The translations under genes and the position numbers were made by a program. Shown one piece after another: positions 26,715 to 39,300 of a DNA stretch of 64,000 nucleotides. The notes beneath the pieces were generated by a model that ran no database searches, was not told the DNA's origin, and saw nothing but the letters and a program-made list of their open reading frames with translations. Origin of the DNA: Tubiluchus corallicola (lineage: Eukaryota > Animalia > Priapulida); the NCBI GenBank assembly GCA_030141605.1, contig JAQGDQ010002367.1, positions 558,001 through 622,000 of the forward strand. Reading direction: 5' to 3'. Numbering within the stretch: position 1 is the stretch's first letter; each line of letters begins with the position of its first letter.

Positions 26715-27789
26715 GTGGTCAGAAACTGCCACATTACCAGAATACAGCTGAGCTTTTTTCACTATCGCCAACAAGCGAAATTTCAAATATGCTATTCTTT
26801 GGTGTCCAGCATCCAGGGTTTAGTTAGCTAATATCCAAGACTGCTAATTTGAACAATGAAGACGGCTCCTAGATAAACTGGGTACTACTTATCTAATGTT
26901 GTCTTTTCATTTACAATCTCTGATTGTCTAACGGCCTAGTCCGTCTTCTTTATCTTACTTCGCATGTTTATTATATGCAAAATATATAATATTTCGACAA
27001 AATGCGTAAATTCAAAGTTGGTTCAAATGAACTATGTAGTAAGATACAAATTGCATGTTAGTAGGGATCATTTTCCAAACTTACGGATTATAGAAGCAAA
27101 TAACATAATAGATAAAACAAAAAGAAACGAACAATAACGAAAGGATGTTTTTCATTTCACGGTCAGTTACTGCCCGTCACACACAAACGTTTTCTGAAAA
27201 CTAATTTTGCCCTCCAAAGTTCTTAATTAATTTATCTACGCACCAGTAACTAAACAATTTTACACTTTTATTAAGGAACAATAAAGAATATAATGTGCAA
27301 TGTACAGGTGCTGAATAAAATTCAGGCGTTCGAGTTCAAGCGTCTGCGCAGTTTAATATTAAAACAAACAAACGTGACATAGCAAAATCAAGATGAGTTG
27401 AAAATGATCTTCACACTTTATCAACTCTTTCTTTTGCGCTTCAAAAACGATTCCTAATGTAGGTATGTGACATTCATAAAGTCAAAGCGACAACAATGAG
27501 CTGATATAGTACCGTAATAGCGTCAATCTGGGACTAGGTCATTCCGTTACACTGCAAATTCTGCTCTGATACCAACGCCCATACAACACCAGAAAATTTG
27601 CTAATTATTTCAGACTCTGCAAGCCCCTGTCTCTCAGGTGATTATTGACGAGTGAAGGGAACAAAGCATGAAATTAACTACAACAATGATGAAAAAGAAT
27701 TGACTTCAAGGTTAAGACATTAAGCGCATGGTTACACGTTCTTTGTTTGCAAAGGTTTTACTTAAAAAGTAATAATCAAGTTACTGCTT

Positions 27790-28110
27790 TTCATCATCGT
27801 AATGCTGTTTTGTTTATCCCATAAGACTCGTCACACAAGGCAGCATTGATTATAAGGATATAGTAAAAAAAAGTAAAGATATTGAATGCATGTCCACAGA
27901 AAAATGAAATTCGTATAACTAATTTGTTAATTTTCAAGAAACATTTTTTGGAGAGAATTCCATACATCAGAAGCCCGGAAAAGAAATCGGATATATAAGT
28001 AGCTGTTCTACATTTATATATGTCCAGGGTAAACCTACGGTACGCTGCAGAAGGATGAGTACTATGAATAAACTGTGGGGTTTTTGGAAGCAGTAACGAC
28101 ACCTCAACGA
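27790..28110 (-). mobile_element. CR1/L2-like LINE 3' remnant
   Basis: Peptide LDIYKCRTATYISDFF resembles a LINE ORF2 C-terminus, followed by 3'UTR-like sequence. Confidence 0.4.
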
Positions 28111-28254
28111 AAGTAACGATCTTAATAGAAGTAGCCTAAATAATAGATAAAATAGATAATAATGGATGCCATAGGAGCCAACTTTGATGATCAAGGGATT
28201 TCAACAGGGTTGATCCTTGATTAGAGCCTATTCCGTTCATTCCAATCAATATTC

Positions 28255-28343
28255 TGTTCTATTCTATTCTATTCTATTCTATTCTATTCTATTCTATTCT
28301 ATTCTATTCTATTCTATTCTATTCTATTCTATTCTATTCTATT
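28255..28343 (+). repeat. (ATTCT)n microsatellite
   Basis: Directly visible. Confidence 0.95.
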
Positions 28344-29957
28344 CCTGTCTAGCCCAGTCAGTTCCACTTCATTCTGTTTTCTTCAGTTCTAATCCATTCC
28401 CCACATTTTTCATAAATTTTATCCGTGCCTTTCTGTCTTCAGCTATTTTCTATTCAGATGGCACGCTGCGATCCGAGCAACTCTTCACTACTACTACTAC
28501 TTCTGCAAATTTCGATGACTTATTCTGTTTCAAGGGTTTTCTTAACTGTTAATGAAAAATCATCTCAATAAAGAAAAAAGAAATGGTGTTTATTAACTGT
28601 GTCTCTGTGCATTTTTCTTTTCTAAATTTATCTTTCTTCAAGTTGGATATGTTTTGTAGCGTGTTAATATTAAGAAACGGAAAATTTTTGAATTCGGCAA
28701 TTTTATGTGATTTTTAGGTTACTCTTTTGTGATGCACCTTATAAATAGATTTGTTTCGCCGTGAAGCCGGTCTCGTTCTCATTCTCGTTCATGTAATAAG
28801 TTTTTTGCCAGTTTTTACATTGTAACGACGATAGAGTATTCTAACTTTGTATTCTAAATTTTTAAGATAAAACGGACACTGTGTTGACAACGCTACATGG
28901 CTTTCAAATAACACATTCGCGAAATGGATTCCCTGACAACAATAAAAATTTAGCGTTCTAAACAGCATATTATGGTAGCTGGGCAGAAAAAATTAAAGCA
29001 GTGAATAACCCAATGCTTCACATTCCGGATTAGTTTTCTTTTTAAGTTTTCACCTGACACAATCGAGTTTTCTTCTTTTAATTAACTGTGGAATAATTCG
29101 TTAATTGTACCCAGTCTCATAATTAAAAATTAAATTTACGTTTTCCTAGCGGTGCTAAAACTGCAATTGCGTCTATTTACATTTCTAACAATCACTAATT
29201 ATACTACCATTATTTCAAACGGTATAGTTAATGCTCTGCTCTCATAATCATAATTTCAACAGACATTCCATTGGTTGCAATTGCTTGGCATTTAGTTCAC
29301 AGTAATGAGAGTAACTGCTCACCCGTCACCCCAGGCGAATATTTCTCCGAACAGATCGGTCATTCCGAATCACAATAGCCATTGTCCTTGGCATGAAAAC
29401 TAACTATTGTTTATTACTTGATTGTCAAATAAACAGCCAACTTGCTAAAATTCAACTGAAAAAAGAAACAAAGGCATCTGATTTGGAGAAATAATGTTTT
29501 TTCTTACGCTAAATTATACGTTTATTTTGCTATGAATAAATATCACTGATCTAATTATCTTCCTACCGAGAAAATCAAGGCTCTGATCAGTGAGCGAGTG
29601 ATTCGAAAATGCTATTAATGTTCCCTACAGAAAATTTCAGCAAGGTAAACAATAATAAACTAGATTTTAGCAACAATAAATTTACAAGTTCAACTCTTAA
29701 TTATTCTTTACTACAATTATTGAATTATAACACTCAATTAAAACTTTAATTTCATGGCTGCATAATCTTAAAAAAAATCAACTATATGTAACAATAATTA
29801 TGCATTTTAGCGATTGAAAGTGTTTTATACTATGGAAAGATATATATTACATGCAATCTTTCTATGTAATCGTTTTACCTGCAAAATTTCTATAAGCTGG
29901 TTTTCCCCATTTACAAAAACAGGAGAGGTTAATTTTTTCCAAACAAGAATGTGAAGT

Positions 29958-30023
29958 CATTGGGAGAGTACAAGGGAAGAGATAAACCTACATTGGGAGA
30001 GTACAAGGGAAGAGATAAACCTA
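29958..30023 (+). repeat. Perfect 33-bp tandem duplication
   Basis: cattgggagagtacaagggaagagataaaccta x2. Confidence 0.95.
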
Positions 30024-30302
30024 TTTAACGTAACGTTACCATTTTTATAGTGCCAACGTTCTGACGGATGGCATTCAAAAACAAATGAGGTCTTTTGATC
30101 AATTATTTTTTTATTTTTTACAATCTATTGCGATTTCTATATCGTAGGTTGTAAAATCGTACTGCTTCGTAATCCTGCGTGGTTATTCTTATGTGGTCGG
30201 TATACGCATACGAAAGTTTTAAAACTCTCGAACCATTAGCCCGACTTTTGGCTTCGATGTAGCGTCGTACAGAATTGTCGATTAACGAACATAAGTTAAA
30301 AT

Positions 30303-31352
30303 GGTACGGTAAAAATGGCACAGGAAAACATGTCACAAATGAAAAAGTAGGTAAAATTAGCACAGGAAAAATGGCACACTTAGTAATATAGGTGATTAGG
30401 GTTAGGGTTATAGTGGGGTATAATTATTTTAGTTATTTTTACCTCTGCCAAGGAAGTTATGCTTCAACACAGTTTGTTTGGTTGCTTTTTGTCTATTATG
30501 ACGGTAATCTTATTATGCAAACACTATATAAACCTTTCCAAGATCGTGATTAACCACAGTTTTTCAGTGTCTCTTTTGTCCTACCCGCAATGGGTAATAA
30601 TTGGTAAAATAAACCGTTATGGTTTACAAAATTCTGGCAATCATCGTCATAATTAATAGACGATTTCCTTGAAACTTTGTGAATACATGTGAGTATGGAG
30701 TGACAAAATGGGAATCTTTTCGCCGGTTCTTCTTTCGCAAAACTCGACCGGCATCACGTATAAAAACGTTCGTGGAGCACTTCATGCAGGTCTCAGAGGG
30801 AGTATTTAGTATTTCTTTTTTTATTATCTCCATCAGGACACACAACTGCGAGTTCGTTCCAGGTTCCATTTGGAGAAAATCTAGCTTGAAAAAATGTGTA
30901 ACACTGTCTATAGCCTTTGCTTATTAAGGTGTATGGCCCTGTAAGTGGAGTTGATACGTATATATTTGTCAGTCTATTACGGCGGCTAAATTTTTATTAC
31001 GACGGCTAAAATTAATGTTAAAAAGGTAGGTAAACACTATGTGGAACAGTCGTGCATTATTGATTATAAATCCATTTAATGAACAAACATTTTGTGAGTC
31101 TTTTGCTTGTCTATATAATACCGTTACGTGGTAAGTTGTTGTATGTTTGCTTGTTTATCTTTAGTTAAATTTTTTAATCAAAAGAATTAGACCAATAAGA
31201 TTAGGATTGTTCGGCTTTGACAGAGATCTGCTTCCTACTGAGTGCATTCTAGTTCTATTATAGAAATCAATCGCATTAAAAAAACATATTACCATTTTTT
31301 CTTACCGTCCCATCTGTGCCATTGTTTCCTGTGCCATTTTTACCGCGCACCC
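30303..31352. mobile_element. ~1-kb inverted-repeat DNA element with subterminal repeats and a TTAGGG patch; similar architecture at ~31598-31743 and ~44475-44710
   Basis: Left ggtacggtaaaaatggcacaggaaa is inverted at right tttcctgtgccatttttaccgcgcacc; ttagggttagggtta at ~30396. Confidence 0.55.
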
Positions 31353-32104
31353 GTATTTACGTATTAAATCGTATTAGATGTTCGTAGGTATTCGTGAATG
31401 CTCGTGGGTGTTCTTTGTAAGGGTATAATGTAAACTCTGCCCTCTGGTAAGCATCACAAGCCAAACCGTTACCTGTTTTCTCTGTCAATCTGTTTTTTCT
31501 GACGGTCGATTCCAGGAAAAAACCTGCATGAACCAAACTGATGCGAAACTGATGCTAGATTTCTCAACACTTCAGACTGATATAACTGAACATGAATAAA
31601 AAAGTCACAGACAAAAGTCACAGGAAAAAAGAAACAGCCCTTATCCTAACCCTAACTCTAGCTAAAAATAATTGCCACTTATTTCCTGTGACTTTTTTCC
31701 TAGCCAAAATTGTGATTTTTCCTGTGAGTTTATTACTGGTCACCATTCTGAGAATTGATTAAAGTAATCACTAGTTAGCGTAGATTAGTAATCACTTAAA
31801 ACTAGACTAATGTATTTTCAGTGATACTGATGAAAGTCTGAAACAAAAGTATTTCTCTAAATTTAAGTAGATTAGAAGAGAGAATAGAGAAGAAGAGTAC
31901 AGTCATGAGGCAGGCTCTTTGCCCTGAACTATGGCTAGACATAACTTTGAGGCACCTAACAACAGGATTCAGTTACAAATCATTGATGCAGGACATTCAG
32001 AGAGCTCACAACACAATTTCTTCCCTTTTGCTGAATATACCACAACGTTATAAATTTATAAAAAAAATATAAGATTTTATTTTAACGCTCACGTTTCGAA
32101 AAAA

Positions 32105-32720
32105 GCTTCGAGAGCTGCTAAAAGCTGTTTAAAACCCGTGTTGATTGCAACAGACGACAAACTTGAATGAGAACTGGCTGCGATTAAAGCTGGTAATAGT
32201 AAGCTTCTCATTGGATACTTTTACAGTCCACCAAATGCTTATGATATTGATAACTATTACTACATACTATATTGAAACATTGAGCATTGAGCATTTGCCA
32301 TATTTATATTTGCGGGGACTTTAATTTGAATTTTGAGCTACTGAGTGACAGACTTTGTGCGTGTGACCAATTATCGAATATACCTTGAAGGATGATTTAA
32401 TATGAGCTTCAGGCAGATCGTAATTGAACCATAGATGAGACTTAAATGCTGACAGTGAATTCAGACGCTCGCTTTTAGATCTCTCATTCATCAGTTCATC
32501 AGTTTCATCAATTAGCAATTATTCAGCGGGTGCTGAGACGGGTCACTTAACTTTAGTTGTCACTGTGGTATTAACAAGAAAGGGAAAAAAGTTGTTGATA
32601 GAAAATTCCTAGATTCTAGCTGTGCTGACTTAGTTGACTTCCGGCCACGGCTTTCTTTAGTAAAGAGCTCAATGCTCTGACTCAATGCTGGAACTTATAG
32701 CAGGATATGTTTTTATCTCA
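32105..32720 (+). mobile_element. Decayed LINE apurinic endonuclease (ORF2 N-terminal) fragment
   Basis: KLLIGYFYSPPN and GDFNL motifs typical of CR1/L2 APE domains, with stops and frameshifts. Confidence 0.6.
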
Positions 32721-33270
32721 GTACTGTATTCTACAATCGACAACTTTTATGATTGAGTACTAATTACAAGTATTTTCGTCAGTTATATTTGGCAGTCAAA
32801 CACGTTCGACAAAATACTAGACATGATACATCTGTTGCTACCATAGTGCGCTCCATAACAGGCAGCCTTCGTTTTATATTTTTGTTAATAATGGTTTTGA
32901 ATGGAACACACTGCCATTGCCTGTAAGATTACCCACTTCTTATAGTTACCCACTATCTCTATTTCAAACAACTAATGCAGGCTTACAAATAATAAGGCGA
33001 ACCTAATGGTAATAAGCTGGGTAGTTGGCTGTCTTTTTTATTTTTGTTTATTCAATTATTCTGCTGTAACTCTTACTTGCACCGTTTATAGGTGCGTGCA
33101 CATTTTCCAATTTATTCCTTTTACACCATTGTAATTATCACTTTTACATTATTTCTTTTTCTAATTTATGTAAAAACTTCATTCCATCTTGTATGTTTTA
33201 CGCAATTGCTAATATTTTATTGATTTCAGTTTTACACCTAATTTATTTATGTAAAATTCAAACATAATTA

Positions 33271-33535
33271 TAGGATATGCGTTCTTATTTTAATTTCTGT
33301 TTGTCTTGTGTTTCTAAGTTCTTATTAAGCTTATCAACTTACATAGTTTCTTTTTCTAGTTCGTGTAAAATTTTATATCATCTAGTGTGTTTTGAATTTT
33401 TGCTACTTTTGTTCAGCTTCATATTACTTCTTTTTTCATGCAGATAGGATACGCTCCTATTTTCATTTCTGTTCATTTTGTGATTTTAAGTTTTACTAAG
33501 TTTTATCTGCTTCGCATCGTCTTCTTTCTAATACA
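33271..33535 (+). repeat. Diverged tandem duplication, period ~174 bp
   Basis: taggatatgcgttcttattttaatttctgtt.. (33271) versus taggatacgctcctattttcatttctgtt.. (~33445). Confidence 0.6.
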
Positions 33536-33899
33536 TATAACTATGCTTATTTTAAGTTATGAGTGTAATTTTTAATTTTAATGTGAGTGGTCAGACTTCC
33601 TTCCAGTGAAAGACAACCATGGTATTCCGACTGTGTTATGAACAGTTTACTATACATGAATGTTTACCTAGTATTATGAATAGGTACTGTAAGTACTACG
33701 GGATGGGAAAGCCACACACCTGTCCTTCAACAAATGCATAAGTTGGAAACCAGGTTGTCGTCCTAGTTTTATTTCGACGGCTTCAGTCGGCACGTTTATA
33801 GCTATGAAGTAAAGACGTTTGCTCTGTACGTGTTACCTGCGGACTATGTAATGTGTTGCAGTTTGGCATTTAGCATTTTATATAGCTGTGATTACAGTT

Positions 33900-34245
33900 A
33901 AAGGACAGTAACGTTTTCGAGCAGTCTAGATACGTTGTGATACATTTTGTGCACTATCGGAGTTTACAGCCAAATGGATACTTGGGACAATTTGCTTAAG
34001 CCGTTATGGAGTTACTACTGTTCATGTGGAAGGTTGGACTGAATATCACCGCCTAAATTTACCTGATGCCAGCTTCTGAGAAAGTTAAACCATTCTTGAT
34101 GTTGCCTCACCTACCCCACCTACTAGACAGTGTAGACTTCGTTTCCAGTGACGTCACCAGTGATTATGTGGCATGCCAAGACGTTAATGGACAGTGAACC
34201 ATCTCAGCGTGGACAGGTTTTTCGGTGTACCTCCCAGGGAAAGGG
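33900..34245 (+). mobile_element. Possible Gypsy LTR-retrotransposon integrase C-terminal remnant with polypurine tract
   Basis: KWILGTI..G...VHVEG pattern, then agggaaaggg; heavily decayed. Confidence 0.3.
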
Positions 34246-35033
34246 TAATTAGTGAGTAACTAGTGTATTAGAATCTAATTTGTTTATCTCTAGTTGGGTT
34301 TTGCCTCGTATTTATCTGATTGATTTTGAAAATTATCTTTTTGATCATATCATCACAAATTTGTTAATTAAATTTTGATCGTTCTTTATACACAAAATAT
34401 GTATCTTGGAGTGCGTTTTTTGAAGTATTTGAATAGTAAAAACATTATGAATAGTTCACACTTTGTTAGCTAAACACAATAACGACAACTCAAGACCGAC
34501 ACTTAAGATCCCACTCGTGATTCGAACCCATATCTTTTGTCTCAAGGTACGCCCCGTAGAGGTACCAATGAGAAACTGATTCAGTTTCTAAACTACTAAC
34601 GTCTGTGTACTACTACCTCACCGCTCGGCTAGGAGTACTAGTTTGGGAATTGTTGAGGAAAATCTGGTTATAAAGAACAGAAAACCAACAGGTAAAACCC
34701 GGCGTCACAGACTGCTTTAACCAAGAACTATTAATTTTTGCTTATTTTACTACCATCTTTTGTAAACTGTATTAGTTCATCAATAACATAATTAAAAATG
34801 ATAAAAAGTATAATAAAAAGAATTTTATAGTAATTTTTATCCTTGTTTGAGAATGAAGTCATCATTTCAGTGTTTGCTAGTAAACGGCCCAGACTTCGGA
34901 TTATCTCTAAATAAGTTCAGTTGATTATATGGTTATTAATGATTAGTATTCTAATTATTATTACTTTAAATATTTTTTGTTTTTATTAGGTTAGGTTAAT
35001 AGGCAAGCACTTCGACTTAAGTATGCGCTTGGA

Positions 35034-35085
35034 GAAGTTAAGCAACACTGTGCCTGGCCTGCAAATGGATTGGTGTCCTCCGGAT
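35034..35085 (+). pseudogene. 5S rRNA-derived fragment (pseudogene or SINE3 head)
   Basis: gaagttaagcaacactgtgcctgg..tggattggtgtcctcc resembles the 5S internal control region (GAAGCTAAGCAGG..GCCTGG..TGGATGGGAGACCGCC). Confidence 0.45.
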
Positions 35086-35439
35086 TCAGTACTCGCTCTA
35101 GGGCGGCTTGATTTACCCGTAATTATATCCAGCTACTTCTCTGAGAAAATACACATTCAACATGCCTAGCAGCTTATTATTTCATCTTCCTATCACAATT
35201 AACTGCCCAACACTAAGTAGGATTCAATGCTGAATTTCAGTTTTCTATGTACTGAAATGTATACTCATGACAAAAGCAATGAGCAGCATTATTTAAAGTT
35301 CAATAGGCCGCTTATGCAAGCAAATTTTATTATCATATTCGTAAATGCCAAGGTCGGTGAGTGTTGACTTGGTATACTATGTTAGCAAGTCTACGGCTTT
35401 TAACGAACATATAAGTAAACAGTAGGCGCATTTGCGCAG

Positions 35440-35661
35440 TATAAAAGTTATATTATAAAACGTTAACTCCAGAAAAATCGAATAAAGCATCAGTAACTAA
35501 AGAACAGTTATATCATTATTTCAGCATTGTATCATAAATGCTAGCACAAATTTCTTGACTAATTCTTCTACGTCTGAGCAAGGTATGTATGTTTAATTGC
35601 GTATGCATGAAAATTAGTAGATATTTCTTAACCTAAAAACACTATACTCATTATTTTGTAG
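35440..35661 (+). promoter_or_regulatory. Putative tetraspanin promoter (TATAAAAG at 35440, TCAGT initiator-like at 35490) and short 5'UTR intron (~35583-35661)
   Basis: TATA and Inr-like motifs are followed by donor AAG|gtatgt and acceptor ttttgtag, about 0.8 kb upstream of the ATG exon, which itself starts with an acceptor. Confidence 0.35.
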
Positions 35662-36392
35662 GTTGCTTTTGTTAATACGATGATTTTACATGACAAAATG
35701 AGAAGACTTGGCATAATCGACTGCAGTCCTAACACTAAAGTGATCAAGTCCCAAACATTTTGGTTGCAGTTTTCCACTTGACTTTTTAAAAAAATGAATA
35801 TTTTAGCACTTTTAATTTAGATAAAACTTGCCTGTCAGAAAATCATTTTCTCAAAATTGTCTTGTGCTGTGCACTAAATTAGTCCAATTTGCCAACTCTC
35901 CTAGCAAAGAAAAGTTGCACAGAAAAGGCAGCAAATTGTTAATAAGCAATCGTAGTTTTGATACAATGTTTAACGAATTACATTTTTACTTTATTTACGA
36001 ATGAAACAATACTTCCGTTTCAAACCACCAATAGGTGAAATAAAAAAACTGAAAAAAACTTTTGAGCTTAATTAATAATTATTTCAATTTCAATTAATAA
36101 ATATTTCAAAAGTTTATTTGCTACAACAGTATATATATTTGTCTAGAATGTATATATTTAACTATATAACCTAGAACTAATTGTTTTGTTAGCTTTTAAA
36201 CCAAGTAAAAAAACAGAGTTAGGAACTTGGTACTCGCTACTTGAACTCGAGTCGAAAAATTGACACTTGGATTTGATTTGAGATTCGATCAGCTTGCTAA
36301 TATACTATACTATATATATAGTATATATTCGTAAATAAAGTATATAAATCACATACTTTCTTAATAGATCAAGATAAGTTACCGATACCAAA

Positions 36393-39300
36393 ATGGGCAT
36401 TAACAAAATGGGTTTTATGACAGAGGAAGGAGAGGTACAAGCAATTATGATTCAGCCGAAACAGAATAACACACTGAAATATTGCTTGATGATATTCAAT
36501 TTCTTTGTGATGGTAAGTATTTAGAAAACATAGAAACATCAATTGATGAAATAAATCCTAAAATCATTTTGATTTTCAGAGAATGAGCAATAATGGACGA
36601 AAGAATTAGTACTGACTAAAGTTACAGTTTTACAAATTTCGTTGTTTTTTTACAGTGCATGTAGTCAATGTGTATTTTACGTAATATCTGTAAGATGCTT
36701 ATAGTGTCTGTACAATGCATATAATGTCTATACAATGCAGGTCTGCATACTATGGAAATAACGATTGTACAATGCATGTAGTATCTGTACATTTCAATTA
36801 GTGTCCGTACATTGTAGGTAGAGTCTGTACATTGCAGGTAGTGTCTGTACATTGTAGGTAGTGTATGCACGTTGTAGGCAATTTCTGTACGTTGCACTAT
36901 GCCTATACATTGCAGGCAGCTGGAGCTTTGTTGATTCTAGGAGGCTGTTTAATTTTCAATGGGGATCTGAATGATCTTGAAATAGAGGGATCAATAACCG
37001 TCGACAACCAAGATGATATAATCAGGTAAATTAAGCTAAGAATACGAAGCAACATGAACATTTTCAATGGGAAATATTTACACTGTGAACAAGATCTATC
37101 TCCCAGTAGCCATTATAGCGGTGTTTTATGAAATCATGATTGTTTTATACCGCATTTGCTTCAAAAATAGTCTACAATTCTTTTTGCGTGAATGGGTCTT
37201 TAATTGTTTAACTGACAGCCAAAATTTAATTTAATTTTTATTTGAATTTAGTACTATATTACATATATTTACAACACACATAAAAATTGTTGATAAAACA
37301 GATTAAAAATTACTAACTGAAAATAGTTGTATATAAATGTGTAAACATTGTATAGCTGTATAAAAATTGTACGGTTGTAGAAAAATTGTACATAATATGA
37401 TTAGCAGTCGTTTTATCTTTTCTTCAGAGCTGGCGCACTTATCGCAATATTGGCAGGTTCTTTTTCATTCTGCTTCGGACTTTTGGGCTATGTCGGCGCC
37501 GCACGTTCAGACAAGTGCATATTGGGAGTCGTAAGCAATTCTTGTTTGTTTTCGTCTTTTACCATGCATTAGTAATTAGCAAGATTCGTAAAACATTTTC
37601 GAAGAAAATCACATAGAATTATTTTATCATCATCACCAGCCTCACTTTCATCGTGAAGCAGAACTACAACAATGATAATAACGATGACAACAACGATAAT
37701 GAGAACTATGAGGACGACTTCGACAATAGCATCGTCATTATTATTCATCATTAGCGACCACTGAGGAGCAAGTTGCACAGGAACGTGAAAACTGGGATGT
37801 GTTCTATGAAGTAAATCAGATTGATACAAAATAGGTTGAAAAACTTTTAAAGTGTAAACTTAAAAATATCTTAAATCTTCCAATATTTTCGTTACATTTC
37901 TAGTACTACTCATGCGTATTCATCCTACTGACTCTCCAAATGGTTGTTGCAACACTGACGTTAGTCTACAAAGATCAGGTAATTTAGACAGAATTTACAA
38001 AATTTAGTAGCTATACAATAAAATTAGTTGTTGATCAGAACACAGTAACGAAGGATGTCTATGGACATAATAACGTCATTAGGATGTCAATGGTATCCCA
38101 CATGTGGAAAAGCTTCGAATCCCTAGAGAAAACTTTAGAAGTTCAACTGGTTCACAAAATCCGTTATGCCACTTAATTTAATCAAAGTGAAAACAATTAT
38201 TAGTTGTATGAATAATTAAAACGAGACCAAAAAGAAATATGGACGCGAACATTAAACCTTTTAATAACTTGTTGTCGTGCTCGGGATTTCTTCAATATTA
38301 ATAATTGCGGTAGAACCGGAACCTAACTTATTATAAAGACTAACATTCTAAAAAGAGACTTTAAACCGACAGAGGTTTACACGCAGACGCCATAGTCTTT
38401 GATAGGTGGCAGCAAGATAAACGAAATGCCCAGACAGTTCTCAAGCGCTCATTCATCTTTTATTGACCACAGCTTGACCACTCATTTATTTCCTTTGTTC
38501 TTTATTGATACCGTTATATTCATCCGATTTTGCATTTTTACACTAACAAAATGCACGGGAATTCCCCAGAACCTTCATAAATTTTTTTTGTTTGATGAGG
38601 GTGAAAGGAACAGAATTTTTCCATAGACCAGCCTTGACAGTAACATAAAGTATGCGTAACTACCACTCATTTCCGTTGGACAATGTAAATGCTTTAATTT
38701 CAATAACAAACAGTTGTCTGGTGAAACAACAAATAAAAATATGGATACTGTTAAAACATCCCACTATATCAACTGTGTTCGAGCCTTTCTGACTATATAA
38801 GTACGGTGTATAATTATTATATGCTGTACTTGATTTTTTATAACAGGTGGAGAAGTACTTAGCAGATGAAGTACCACGTTACCTAAAAACAACGTATGCT
38901 GCACAGAATAGCACTATCTTTACCCATGAGTGGGATTATATTCAGCAAGAGGTATTTATGTAGTGTTTGGCACATTACGGGTGATTATTGTCCAGAATTC
39001 CGAGTGTACATTTTTATGTTCTTTCTTGTTTTCAATACGAAATTGATGGTTTTGTTCTTATAATATAATGCATCTGTCATACTTTGGTTTTCACTCTTGT
39101 ATATATATAAACAAGAACGAACAACTTGCTTGGTAGTAATTGCATACATATATGTGTATACACATATATGTATGCAATTACTACCAAGCAAGTTGTTAGT
39201 TCTTGTTTATACTTGTCACTTTACGTTTTTTATAGCAAAAGTGCTGTGGTTACAATAATCACGAGGATTTTAAACACAATCCATTTTTACCCTGGTTTCA

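Noticed and set aside
34515-34560. tRNA gene suggested by B-box GGGTTCGAATC (minus strand)
   Set aside because: No cloverleaf or acceptor stem; at most a SINE fragment.
36651-36915. Regular repeats as a possible CRISPR array (also 4572-4745 and 17425-17614)
   Set aside because: Head-to-tail diverged units without unique spacers, eukaryotic intronic context and no cas genes.
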